Shown here in pieces: positions 17,339 to 26,231 of a DNA stretch of 55,584 nucleotides. Position 1 is the stretch's first letter, and every line of letters starts with the position of its first letter. The notes below the pieces were generated by a model that did not search any database, was not told the origin of the DNA, and worked only from the letters and a program-made list of their open reading frames with translations. Position numbers and translations under genes: made by a program. The stretch lies in the IMG/VR virus record IMGVR_UViG_3300012985_000002, positions 1 to 55,584 of that record, one strand, 5' to 3'. This DNA comes from a virus. Taxonomy: Duplodnaviria > Caudoviricetes.

Positions 17339-19009
17339 ATGGCAACCATCGCGCCATACCAGATGGACACACTGACTTTCCATCAGCGCGTCCTTCACGA
17401 GTACATGCAGATCGCCTCGCCGATCAATGGCATGTTCTCGGGCAACGTCATCGACGCGGGCGAGTTCATGAACTCCCGCGTCATCTCCGTGCCCGACATC
17501 CGCGTGGACGACTACATCGTCGACGCAGAGATCGCGCGCATCGGCATCGACCACTACTCGGGCTCGGAGTTCACGGGCAAGTGGAAGAACGGTCTGCCCC
17601 CGATCGAGTGGCGCGAGTACACCATGTCGCGTCGCCGCTCGTTCGGCTACGAGGTCTGGGAGGACCAGGAGCGCTACAGCCCCATCAAGAACCTCCCGCA
17701 GGAGTACCTCGCGCGGAAGATGTCGACCACGGTCCTCCGTGACCACGACAAGTACATGCTGCTCGCGATCGTCCTCGGACGCATGTCGGGCAAGCTCGTC
17801 CCCCGCACGTCGCAGGACACGTACACGTCGGTCATCGAGAACACCACCGGCATCTCGGCGGCAGAGGTCTCGTGCACGGGCAACCAGGCCGACTACAAGT
17901 GGATCGCCCAGCCCGGCGAGCGCTCGGACAACGAGGTGCAGCCCGGCTTCGCGACCATCAAGGGCATGGAGCTCAACGCGCAGGACCCGCTCAAGACGCT
18001 CGACGCCCTGACCACGATGTTCGGCGAGAACTGGTTCGACACCAACATGCCGAACAGCGACCGGTTCTTCCTGATCACGCCCGCCCTGGAGCTCTCGTTC
18101 CGCGACGCGCTGATCAAGGCCGGCACGTACGTCGACGGCGGCTTCGACATCTACAAGAACGCGGACCACTCCGGTGTGACCGGCCCCGCGTTCTTCGGCT
18201 CGCTCCGCGGCTGGACCTTCGTGAAGATCCACCCCGAGTTCATGCCGAAGGTGTTCGTGGACGCGAGCAACGTCGTGGACCCGTCGCCGACCCTCACGGG
18301 TGTCGGCACCGCCGCATCGCGCACCCTCAAGCAGGTCGTCGCCCTCGCCGCCTACAAGGGCTCGGCGCAGACGTACGACTTCTACGAGGACAAGCGTGAG
18401 GACGACGGTCGCACGCGCGGCAAGTTCAAGGAGTACGTGCAGGAATTCGCGTACGACGCCTGGGTCATCGACCAGAAGTCGGAGGGCATCGTTCCGATCT
18501 TCCTCCCGACCGACCTCGACGGCAACGGCACGACCGACGTGAACTACACCCCGGTGAACGACTCGTTCAACCGCGTGGCGGCGCTCCTGTCGGCGGCTCG
18601 CGCTCAGCTCGGCACGTCGCCGTCCGTGTACCCGGCCTCGGGTCCGAACGTCAACCTGCCCGCGCCCGAGTGGTACAACCAGTCGCGTCAGTACTCCGAC
18701 ACGAACCGCCTCAACACCGGTCTCGCTGTGCAGGAGACGGGCGACACGTCGCACCGCTACCCGACGCTCCCCCAGGACTTCCCGACCGTCAACCAGCTCG
18801 CTGGCGCGGTCGAGTCGATCGTGGACGGTGCGACGGCCCGCGCGAACTCGGCGGCGGTCACCCTCGGCCAGAAGGCCCGCTTCACGAACGGTGCCCTCTT
18901 CGAGGTCACGGTCGCGGGCAACACGGCGGCGGCACAGCCGAACGTCACGGGCGTCGGTGTCGGCGAGACCATCGTCGACGGCACGGCCACCTGGAAGCGC
19001 CTGCTCTGA
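17339..19009 (+). CDS. Major capsid protein with C-terminal carbohydrate-binding-like extension
   Basis: Follows the portal, has the strongest codon bias in the arm and is followed by a UUCG hairpin. C-terminal FEVTVAGNT..QP..IVDGTATWKRL motif. Confidence 0.7.
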   Translation: MATIAPYQMDTLTFHQRVLHEYMQIASPINGMFSGNVIDAGEFMNSRVISVPDIRVDDYIVDAEIARIGIDHYSGSEFTGKWKNGLPPIEWREYTMSRRRSFGYEVWEDQERYSPIKNLPQEYLARKMSTTVLRDHDKYMLLAIVLGRMSGKLVPRTSQDTYTSVIENTTGISAAEVSCTGNQADYKWIAQPGERSDNEVQPGFATIKGMELNAQDPLKTLDALTTMFGENWFDTNMPNSDRFFLITPALELSFRDALIKAGTYVDGGFDIYKNADHSGVTGPAFFGSLRGWTFVKIHPEFMPKVFVDASNVVDPSPTLTGVGTAASRTLKQVVALAAYKGSAQTYDFYEDKREDDGRTRGKFKEYVQEFAYDAWVIDQKSEGIVPIFLPTDLDGNGTTDVNYTPVNDSFNRVAALLSAARAQLGTSPSVYPASGPNVNLPAPEWYNQSRQYSDTNRLNTGLAVQETGDTSHRYPTLPQDFPTVNQLAGAVESIVDGATARANSAAVTLGQKARFTNGALFEVTVAGNTAAAQPNVTGVGVGETIVDGTATWKRLL

Positions 19010-19013
19010 GGTA

Positions 19014-19047
19014 GAATGGGTGGGTAGTTTCGGCTACCCACCCGTTC
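19014..19047 (+). terminator. Hairpin / terminator after the capsid gene
   Basis: GAATGGGTGGGTAGT-TTCG-GCTACCCACCCGTTC. The U-tract is weak. Confidence 0.6.
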
Positions 19048-19071
19048 CAACCTCACGACAAGGAGACCAAG

Positions 19072-19224
19072 ATGGATCCTCTCGAAGCACTTCGCCAGAT
19101 CGCACAGCAGCTGAACGACCTCTCGGGCGGCATGCTGGACATCCTCAACCAGCTCGGAGGCGCACAGGGCGGCGGCGCACCCTCCGAGGAAGGTGCGGTT
19201 CCTGCTCCCCCTTCCGGCGAGTAA
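19072..19224 (+). CDS. Small hypothetical protein, 50 aa (MDPLEALRQIAQQLNDLSGG...)
   Basis: RBS AAGGAG and good codon use. Too short for the supplied ORF track. Confidence 0.7.
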   Translation: MDPLEALRQIAQQLNDLSGGMLDILNQLGGAQGGGAPSEEGAVPAPPSGE

Positions 19225-19245
19225 TCGCTCGTAACGCAGAAGCAC

Positions 19246-19286
19246 TGGAGCGGGGGCGGCAATCCTTCCTTGCCGTCCCCGCTCCA
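19246..19286 (+). terminator. 17-bp stem-loop, possible terminator
   Basis: TGGAGCGGGGGCGGCAA-TCCTTCC-TTGCCGTCCCCGCTCCA. Confidence 0.55.
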
Positions 19287-19305
19287 ATCATGAAAGGACA
19301 GGTCC

Positions 19306-20166
19306 ATGGCGTACGTGGGTAACAGCCCCGAGAGCGAGACCGTTCTCCGCCTGCAGGCTCGCAAGTCCTTCTCGCTTGGTGTCTGGATCGAAGACCAGAA
19401 CGGCAAGCCCCTCGACATCACCGGCTGCTCGTTCCGGTTCGTGGCCCGCAAGAAGGTTGTCGAGGCAGACAACGACGACACCGGCAACCTCATCGCCAAC
19501 TACATGGGGCTCCTCCAGGCTCCGACTCTCGGCTACCTGACGTTCAACTTCCAGGCGGCTGAGCTCGACTGGACTCCCGGCGAGTACCAGTACACGATCA
19601 CTCTTAGTGACGCGGGCTTCTCCACTGTCATCGTGCAGGGCGTGATTCAGCTGGAGCAGAACACCGAGTTCACCAGCATGACAGAGTCCTACGTTCCCGG
19701 CGCGCCACCGACCGCGCTCCGCGTCGTGCTCCGCGAGAACGCCTCGATCATCGTTCGCACCGGCCCCACGCTCGCTCCCGGTGAAGCTCTCTTCACGGTA
19801 GACGACGAGCGCAAGCTGGATGAGATCTATGCAGGCAAGCTCGCAGAGGGCTCGACGCTCAACGCCGACATGATTCCTGACGGTACCACCAAGGTCATCA
19901 TGACGCTGGCAGAGCGCAACCAACTCGCCAACCTGTCTCTGGAGTGGGACGACATCATCGGGAAGCCGGACTTCGGCGACATCATCACCCATGACGTGTC
20001 GGAGTTCATTCTCAAGGGTGGCATCAACGCGTCCACCGACTTCGCCTCGGGTACTATCCCGACGGCTCGCCTGCCGATCGTGTCCTCCCAGCCTGGCATG
20101 GTCATCACGACTGGAGCACCTGTAGCTGGCAACCCTGGTCGCATCACGCTCAAGTACACCCCGTAG
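19306..20166 (+). CDS. Minor tail protein with BppU-like N-terminal domain
   Basis: DQNGKPLDITGCSFRF-type motif. The N-terminus is paralogous to that of 21912-23882. Confidence 0.6.
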   Translation: MAYVGNSPESETVLRLQARKSFSLGVWIEDQNGKPLDITGCSFRFVARKKVVEADNDDTGNLIANYMGLLQAPTLGYLTFNFQAAELDWTPGEYQYTITLSDAGFSTVIVQGVIQLEQNTEFTSMTESYVPGAPPTALRVVLRENASIIVRTGPTLAPGEALFTVDDERKLDEIYAGKLAEGSTLNADMIPDGTTKVIMTLAERNQLANLSLEWDDIIGKPDFGDIITHDVSEFILKGGINASTDFASGTIPTARLPIVSSQPGMVITTGAPVAGNPGRITLKYTP

Positions 20167-20172
20167 GTCGTC

Positions 20173-21915
20173 ATGGCGTCCTGGGATCACAGAGCGGGGA
20201 CTGGTAACGGGGCTTACCAGCTTTACCTCTTCGTCAACGAGACAGGTTTCTCGCGTGGTGGCGGGCCTGGACAGGTCTCCCTCGACTGGGAACTCGGCAT
20301 CATCAAGGTCGGTTCCTCGGGAGGCTTCGCATCGTCTGACGGTGCCGTCGAGTGGGAAGTCCACATGTACGGCAACAACAACGGCGACCGCTCTGGCACG
20401 TCGGCGTTCTCCATCGGTGCGAACGAGGCGATCGGTACTCGCAAGGTTCTCGCCACGCAGGCCGGATGGACGTTCGCGTACAACGGAGACTATCTCGGCA
20501 ACCTGTCACTCAACACAATGGCGCGAGCGACGTTCGCCAACTCGATCGGCTCGCCTCAGATCGGGTGGGGCTGGGTCGCCATGTCGGCGGTCGCCTTCAA
20601 TGGTATTGCCCCAGCTGTCCCGATCCTCGTCGCGCGCAACAGTGACACGTCTGTCACGATCCGTGGCTACGACTCGAACGACTGGGGTGTTGGCGGCTCG
20701 GCACTCCAGCACAACCAGGACCGCTCGGACTTCAGCAACTTCACCCCGCTGACCAGTACCGGCTATCCGACGACTGCAGGTGGCGCTGCTCACGACGTCA
20801 CGCACACGATCAACGCACACGCGACGTACTACTTCCGCAACGCAGTTCGAGACCGTGCAGGTTCGTGGCTGGCGTCGGCTGGCCTGACGTTCTACGGTCG
20901 TCCTAGCAAGCCAGGCCCGCCCGAAGTCACGACGGCTACGACGAACTCTCTCACGCTGAACCTGCCCGCTCCGTCGTACACGGGCGCAGCAGTCACGTCG
21001 CGCGAGACTCAGCTCAGCACTGCTGCAGACATGTCGTCCCCGCTGACGAGCACTGCCTCGCCCGCCGTGTTCAACAGCCTGCCGCGTGCAACCAAGCACT
21101 ACACGCGGCAACGTCTCACGACGAGTGCAGGCACGAGTGACTGGTCTGACATCGTCGAGGTCTCTACAATCGGCTCGCCTCCGAGCGCTCCGACTGGCTA
21201 CGGCATCACGGACCTCGCCTCGACCTCTGCCACGGTGACGACCGGCTCCCTCGCTGACAATGGTGGTGCGGTACCGTCGCAGGTGCGCGTCAAGCTCAGC
21301 ACGACGGCGAGCGACGCAGGCCTGCTGTCTACGACCACCCAGACCTCGTGGAACCCGCTCCGCCTCAACAGTCTGACGGAGAACACCACGTACTATGTCG
21401 CTGAGGCGGCGTACAACGACGTGCCTGGTGGTGGGTGGGGTCCGTACGGTGCGTGGGTGCCGTTCACCACGCTCAACACCGTACCCAATTCGCCGGTGCT
21501 GTCGGCGTCTGGCATCACTGGCAACTCGGCAACGCTGCAGTGGACTGTGCCCTCTGACCTCAACGGTGCAGTCATCACGGCGTACAAGCTCCGCGTGGCT
21601 CGCGACGCCGCTCTGACTCAGAGCGTGCAGGACTTCACTCTCGCCCCTGGCTCGCTCGCTCAGGTGCTCTCGGGTCTGGCGACAGCGACGCAGTACTTCG
21701 CGACCGTCTGGACGGAGACCGACAAGGGTCGAGGCTCGTCCTCTAACGTGCTGTCGTTCGCAACCACGGGTGGTGGCGGCGTACAGTCTGGCGTGTACAT
21801 CGATGTGGCAGGCGTGCCGAAGTTCGCAGAGGTCTGGCTCGACGTGGCCGGTGTCCCGAAGCGGTGCGAAGTCTACATCGACGTGGCAGGTGTCCCGAAG
21901 CTGGTGATCCAGTGA
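20173..21915 (+). CDS. Minor tail protein with fibronectin type III repeats
   Basis: Fn3-like motifs (PSAPTG..., VPNSPVLS..SATLQWTVP..ITAYKL..LSGLATATQY) and a triple C-terminal repeat. Confidence 0.7.
   Translation: MASWDHRAGTGNGAYQLYLFVNETGFSRGGGPGQVSLDWELGIIKVGSSGGFASSDGAVEWEVHMYGNNNGDRSGTSAFSIGANEAIGTRKVLATQAGWTFAYNGDYLGNLSLNTMARATFANSIGSPQIGWGWVAMSAVAFNGIAPAVPILVARNSDTSVTIRGYDSNDWGVGGSALQHNQDRSDFSNFTPLTSTGYPTTAGGAAHDVTHTINAHATYYFRNAVRDRAGSWLASAGLTFYGRPSKPGPPEVTTATTNSLTLNLPAPSYTGAAVTSRETQLSTAADMSSPLTSTASPAVFNSLPRATKHYTRQRLTTSAGTSDWSDIVEVSTIGSPPSAPTGYGITDLASTSATVTTGSLADNGGAVPSQVRVKLSTTASDAGLLSTTTQTSWNPLRLNSLTENTTYYVAEAAYNDVPGGGWGPYGAWVPFTTLNTVPNSPVLSASGITGNSATLQWTVPSDLNGAVITAYKLRVARDAALTQSVQDFTLAPGSLAQVLSGLATATQYFATVWTETDKGRGSSSNVLSFATTGGGGVQSGVYIDVAGVPKFAEVWLDVAGVPKRCEVYIDVAGVPKLVIQ
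21793..21900 (+). repeat. Three 39-nt-period coding repeats, V(Y/W)(I/L)DVAGVPK
   Basis: VYIDVAGVPKFAE / VWLDVAGVPKRCE / VYIDVAGVPK. Confidence 0.9.
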
Positions 21916-23882
21916 ACACCCTGACCAACACACCCATCGACGTCACTGTCATCGAGGCAGAGGCACGCAAGTCGTTCTCGTTCGGCATCTGGATTGTCGA
22001 CAGCAACAAGGCTCCCGTCGACCTCACCGATTCCTCAACCACATTCACAGTGGCGAAGTTCGACAAGTTCGGTCTGCCGACCGTGCTCATCTCCAAGATT
22101 GCCCCCATCCAGGCGCCTACGCTCGGCTACATGGTTGTGCCCATCCAGGCTGACGAGATGGATCTCAAGCCTGGTACTTACAACTTCACCACGACACTCC
22201 GCATCCAGGGTTACAGTGTCGTGCTGATGAAGGGCGAATTCAAGGTCCTGCAGAACACGGAGTTCGAGAGTGTCAACGAGGACTACGTCGTCAACAACCC
22301 GTCTCAGAACCTGCAGGTCGTTCTCCGCAATCAGCTGCAGGTTCACATCGAGCTCACTTCGATGCTCCCGCCCAACCTCATCATTCCGAGCGACGCGTCT
22401 GACGCCGCTGTCGCAGGCTATTTCAACAACCCTGCTTCGCTGACTCGCGGTGTCACTGACGCGCTCTACGCTACGATCGTCTATGTCGACCAGGTGACCA
22501 GTGACCTGCAAGGGCAGATCGACACGCAGATGACGTGGCTCGAAGGTCATGACAACGCGATCAGCCAGCTGCAGAGTGATTCGCTCTTCCGTCAGGACTT
22601 CGACCTCAAGGGTGACATCCTCGTCGGGCAGACGGATAACCAGTACGACACCCTGCACGCAGGCCCCAACAACCGATTCCTCATCGCTGACTCGACGCAG
22701 CCTCTCGGTCTCCGCTGGACGCCTGGCTCTCACCTGACGGGTGGGAGTATCAGTCAGGGCGGCGGTACTGCTCGGTACGTCCGCGTGGCAGTCCTCGACG
22801 GTGCCAACGTGAACAGTGGTGCTGCCCTTGAACTGGAGTACGGGGCCGGTGCCAATTACGGCACTATGGCCCTGCTGACAGGTCGCATCCACTTCCAGCA
22901 GCGCGGTGACAACGGTGTGTCGTGCACGATCCTCAACGACGTGCCCGCTCACGGCGGTGGCGAGTTCCCACTCTTCTACACCAGGCAGACCAGCACGTAC
23001 GTCTTCGAGCTTTGGGCTCTGCTCTCGACGTTCAGCATGACGATGACCGTGCGCCAGCTCAACGCGTTCCCGCTGGAAGACACACGCGCTCGTGTCACGA
23101 TGGACAGCGCTCAGACTGCTGCTCCAAGTTCGCTCGTCCGTGTCTGGCCGACTCCACTGGAGGCTCGGGGCTCGACGGCACAGAGAGACCAGACGTATGG
23201 CGTGCCTGCGAACGCTACAGAGCAGGCCGCTCTCGCGAACAAGACTCCGACGTGGTGGAACACCGACAAGGCGTGGTTGGAGGGCTACTACGCCCCGACC
23301 GGCCTCGCTGGCCTGACTGCTCTCGGCCTGCTGGCAGGTCGGCCTGCTGGCTGGTACCCCATCTCGGGCAAGCTCCCACGAGTCAAGATCCAGGTTCCTG
23401 CGATCAGTGGTATCGGCGCAAACCAGTATCGCTTCCGGACAGGGTACTGGAACAACCCTCCTGCAGACCAGATCGACGGCATCACCGTCGACAACACCAA
23501 TGGTCTCCTGACTCTTCCGCAGATCGGTCTGTACCGGGCAAGCTGGATGATTGCTCAGGGTACGGGTGCTGGAATGAGCCTCATCATCGGTGCTGCTCTC
23601 AATACGACGACTCCGACCTCCGCTCCAGGTGGTACAACCTTCGGCGTCAACGGAGTCTTCGGCGCAACGGAGATGCCAAGCAGCTCTACGAACTACACGT
23701 TCAACGTCTCTCCGCCGACGTTCTTGGTTGCGACCGTTGCTGCAACCGACCACATCACGTTCTGGTTCAACGGGGGTACAGGTACCTCCAACATCATCGG
23801 CTGGGTCTCCAGCTATCCTGGTATGGTGCAGGCACAAGCGCTCTGCGTCGAATACGTCGGGCCGCCGTTCGTAGCCCGGTAA
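21912..23882 (+). CDS. Tail fibre / receptor-binding protein (656 aa)
   Basis: GTG start overlaps the upstream stop. BppU-like N-terminus, short coiled coil, KGDILVG fibre-like motif, beta-rich C-terminus. Confidence 0.65.
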   Translation: MNTLTNTPIDVTVIEAEARKSFSFGIWIVDSNKAPVDLTDSSTTFTVAKFDKFGLPTVLISKIAPIQAPTLGYMVVPIQADEMDLKPGTYNFTTTLRIQGYSVVLMKGEFKVLQNTEFESVNEDYVVNNPSQNLQVVLRNQLQVHIELTSMLPPNLIIPSDASDAAVAGYFNNPASLTRGVTDALYATIVYVDQVTSDLQGQIDTQMTWLEGHDNAISQLQSDSLFRQDFDLKGDILVGQTDNQYDTLHAGPNNRFLIADSTQPLGLRWTPGSHLTGGSISQGGGTARYVRVAVLDGANVNSGAALELEYGAGANYGTMALLTGRIHFQQRGDNGVSCTILNDVPAHGGGEFPLFYTRQTSTYVFELWALLSTFSMTMTVRQLNAFPLEDTRARVTMDSAQTAAPSSLVRVWPTPLEARGSTAQRDQTYGVPANATEQAALANKTPTWWNTDKAWLEGYYAPTGLAGLTALGLLAGRPAGWYPISGKLPRVKIQVPAISGIGANQYRFRTGYWNNPPADQIDGITVDNTNGLLTLPQIGLYRASWMIAQGTGAGMSLIIGAALNTTTPTSAPGGTTFGVNGVFGATEMPSSSTNYTFNVSPPTFLVATVAATDHITFWFNGGTGTSNIIGWVSSYPGMVQAQALCVEYVGPPFVAR

Positions 23883-23905
23883 CCAAAGAGAAGGAAGGAA
23901 AGGCA

Positions 23906-24181
23906 ATGGCAGAAGCAAAGACCAAGGAGCAGGTCCTCGCAGAGCTCAGCGACAACGATCGCGCGCAGCTGCACGGTGCGCTCAAGACGTGGCGCAAGGA
24001 GGGAGTGGAGAACCCGCTCATCCCTCTCGGCGACGTCGACGGAGACGGGATCATCGAGGCGTGGGCGCTCGACCTCGAGGGTGAGCTCACCCTCGTCGCC
24101 ACGGGCCTCGACGAGACCGTGTTCGAGAGCACCGGCGAGGGCATCGAGCTCGGCGGCATCCCCCAGGAAGGAGCAGAGTAA
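23906..24181 (+). CDS. Acidic hypothetical protein, 91 aa
   Basis: RBS GGAAAGG, stop coupled to the endolysin start (TAATG), GDVDGDG motif. Confidence 0.75.
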   Translation: MAEAKTKEQVLAELSDNDRAQLHGALKTWRKEGVENPLIPLGDVDGDGIIEAWALDLEGELTLVATGLDETVFESTGEGIELGGIPQEGAE

Positions 24182-25017
24182 TGGCATTCGTCTACGAGAC
24201 CATCGACGGTCAGCGCGTCGAGAACTCGGTCGGCGCGGCGTTCCGTCGCATGGCGGCTGACTTCCAGGCCGCGACCGGCTGCTCGCTCCACATCTCGTCC
24301 GGCACCCGCACGGACGCTGAGCAGGAAGCGATCTTCCGCGCTCGCTACGTGCTGGCAGGCCAGGTCAACGGTCGTCGTGTCTACGACACCCGCTGGTGGG
24401 CAGGCCAGATGTGGTACCGCATCTCGTCCGCTGGCACGGTCGCCCCTCCGGGATCGTCCAACCACCAGGAGGGCGGTCCGAACGGGCCTCGCTCGATCGA
24501 CGTGTACGACTCCGGTGCAGACGCGGGCGTGACCCGCTTCGGCACTCGTCGCAACCAGTGGATGCACGACAACGCGCACCGCTACGAGTTCGAGAACGAG
24601 GGCGAGAAGTTCAACGAGGCGTGGCACAAGACGTTCCGCGGCTCGCTGGAGGACGCCGTCGTGCCGCCCCAGCCGCCCACCAACCTGCCCGGCCCCGAGG
24701 CCATGCTGGAGTGGAACTGGACCGGCATCCAGGAGATGCTGCGTGGGACGGGCCGGTACAACGGTCGGATCGACAACGACCCCGGCCACGGCACCATCTC
24801 CGGCTTCCAGGACTTCCTCAACGACTTCGGTTACAGCCGCGCCGTCTTCGGTCGCGACATCGCCGAAGACGGTGCCTTCGGCAAGGAGTCCTGCATGGCC
24901 GCTCAGCAGTGGCTCAAGGCCAAGTGGGGATACTCCGGCTCGATCGACGGCATCCCCGGTCCCGGCACGCACGCGGCATGGACACGAGCGGAGGCGGCGA
25001 ACGCGCAGGCGTTCTGA
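24181..25017 (+). CDS. Endolysin: M15 (VanY-like) zinc peptidase plus peptidoglycan-binding domains
   Basis: SGTRT..EQ, APPGSSNH..G..SIDV and EAWH motifs. C-terminal YNGRIDN.PG and YSGSIDGIPGPGT repeats resemble PG_binding_1. Confidence 0.9.
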   Translation: MAFVYETIDGQRVENSVGAAFRRMAADFQAATGCSLHISSGTRTDAEQEAIFRARYVLAGQVNGRRVYDTRWWAGQMWYRISSAGTVAPPGSSNHQEGGPNGPRSIDVYDSGADAGVTRFGTRRNQWMHDNAHRYEFENEGEKFNEAWHKTFRGSLEDAVVPPQPPTNLPGPEAMLEWNWTGIQEMLRGTGRYNGRIDNDPGHGTISGFQDFLNDFGYSRAVFGRDIAEDGAFGKESCMAAQQWLKAKWGYSGSIDGIPGPGTHAAWTRAEAANAQAF

Positions 25018-25023
25018 CCTCAC

Positions 25024-25488
25024 ATGTTCACTCATCTGCCGAAGTCCTCGCAAGTGCTGTTGCGAATCGCGCTCTCCGGAGCGTGGTTCTTCAGCATGCT
25101 CGCAGGTCTGAGTGCAGTGGTGTTCCTGAGTCCGGTTAACGACGCGGGCTTCCTCTTCGAAGCCCGCGTCGTGGCCGGGATCAGTCTTACAGTGGCAACA
25201 GCATTCGCAACGGTTGGAGTTGCCTTCAACCGCTATCGGATGGAGTGGGTGTCTAGCTGGTTCGCAGCCGCTGGCTTCACACCTTACATCACCCTGTACT
25301 GGTCGGTTGTACCCGACAACATCGACGGTACTCTGCCTGTTGCATTCCTGATGATGAGCCTCGTAACGTTCTACGCGTTCCGTGGTGTGTCAGGGGGTGC
25401 GCACGCGGCACGTCTCCGCGAGATCCACAAGAAAGCGGAAACGGGGCCGATCATCCAACTAGAGAAGGAGGTAAACGACGATGAATGA
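25024..25488 (+). CDS. Membrane protein with about 4 TM segments, lysis cassette
   Basis: Four hydrophobic stretches, directly after the endolysin. Confidence 0.7.
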   Translation: MFTHLPKSSQVLLRIALSGAWFFSMLAGLSAVVFLSPVNDAGFLFEARVVAGISLTVATAFATVGVAFNRYRMEWVSSWFAAAGFTPYITLYWSVVPDNIDGTLPVAFLMMSLVTFYAFRGVSGGAHAARLREIHKKAETGPIIQLEKEVNDDE

Positions 25489-25870
25489 GTGGCTGCCCTG
25501 GGTCGTTGCGCTGGTTCCCCTCGGCGTAGCGCTCGTCGCTGGCGTCAACGCGTGGCGCAAGCAGCGCGATGACAAGCGACAGGGGGTAGCCGCAAGTGAA
25601 ACGGCAGAGAACGACTCGGAAGCGGCTCGATGGAAGAGCATCATCGAGACGCAGACCAAGGCTCTCCTGGAGCCCATGAAAGCTCAACTGCAAGAACACG
25701 CGGACAAGATTCGCGGATTGGAGGCAGAGCTCGAGTCCCGCACGAAGAAGTACTGGCAGGCAATCGGACTCATCAGAGCTCTCTATCTCTGGATCGAACG
25801 CAACGTGTCGATCGATCCTGACAAACAGCCTGTCCCCTCTCCCACAGAACTGATTAAGGAAGACATCTGA
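25481..25870 (+). CDS. Membrane-anchored coiled-coil protein, lysis cassette
   Basis: N-terminal TM segment followed by a heptad helix; RBS AAGGAGG. Confidence 0.7.
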   Translation: MNEWLPWVVALVPLGVALVAGVNAWRKQRDDKRQGVAASETAENDSEAARWKSIIETQTKALLEPMKAQLQEHADKIRGLEAELESRTKKYWQAIGLIRALYLWIERNVSIDPDKQPVPSPTELIKEDI

Positions 25871-26196
25871 TGATCACCTTCGACTTCAACATCCTCACCC
25901 TGCTGACGTTCATCGTCGCGATCTTCCTGCCCTTGCTGGTGGGTCTCGTGACCAAGGTCGTCACCAAGCCGGGTGTGCGAGCCGTGCTGCTCGCCCTGTT
26001 CGCCGCGATCGCGGGCTTCCTCAACGAACTCATCGCGGCACTCACGACCGGCGGTGCGTTCAATGTGTCGGAAGCCCTCTTCCTGTGGGTCGGCATCTTC
26101 GTCGTTGCGGTGGCTACCCACTTCGGTATCTGGAAGCCCACCGGGACGAGCACCAGGGCACAGGCCGCGCTGGGCGGCGACACCCCGAACGTCTGA
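25870..26196 (+). CDS. Putative holin
   Basis: 108 aa, about 3 TM segments, TGATG coupling, C-terminal HFGIWKPTG motif resembling actinophage holins. Confidence 0.65.
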   Translation: MITFDFNILTLLTFIVAIFLPLLVGLVTKVVTKPGVRAVLLALFAAIAGFLNELIAALTTGGAFNVSEALFLWVGIFVVAVATHFGIWKPTGTSTRAQAALGGDTPNV

Positions 26197-26201
26197 GTTC
26201 G

Positions 26202-26210
26202 TGGTATAAT
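26202..26210 (+). promoter_or_regulatory. Extended -10 promoter TGGTATAAT
   Basis: Intergenic, upstream of RBS GAGGAG and ATG at 26232. Confidence 0.65.
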
Positions 26211-26231
26211 CCGATTCGAGAGGAGTGGACG

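Noticed and set aside
24029-24049. DVDGD in the 91-aa protein as an RNAP catalytic motif
   Set aside because: The protein is too small and lacks the upstream R-x-P context. It fits a DxDxDG Ca-binding loop better.
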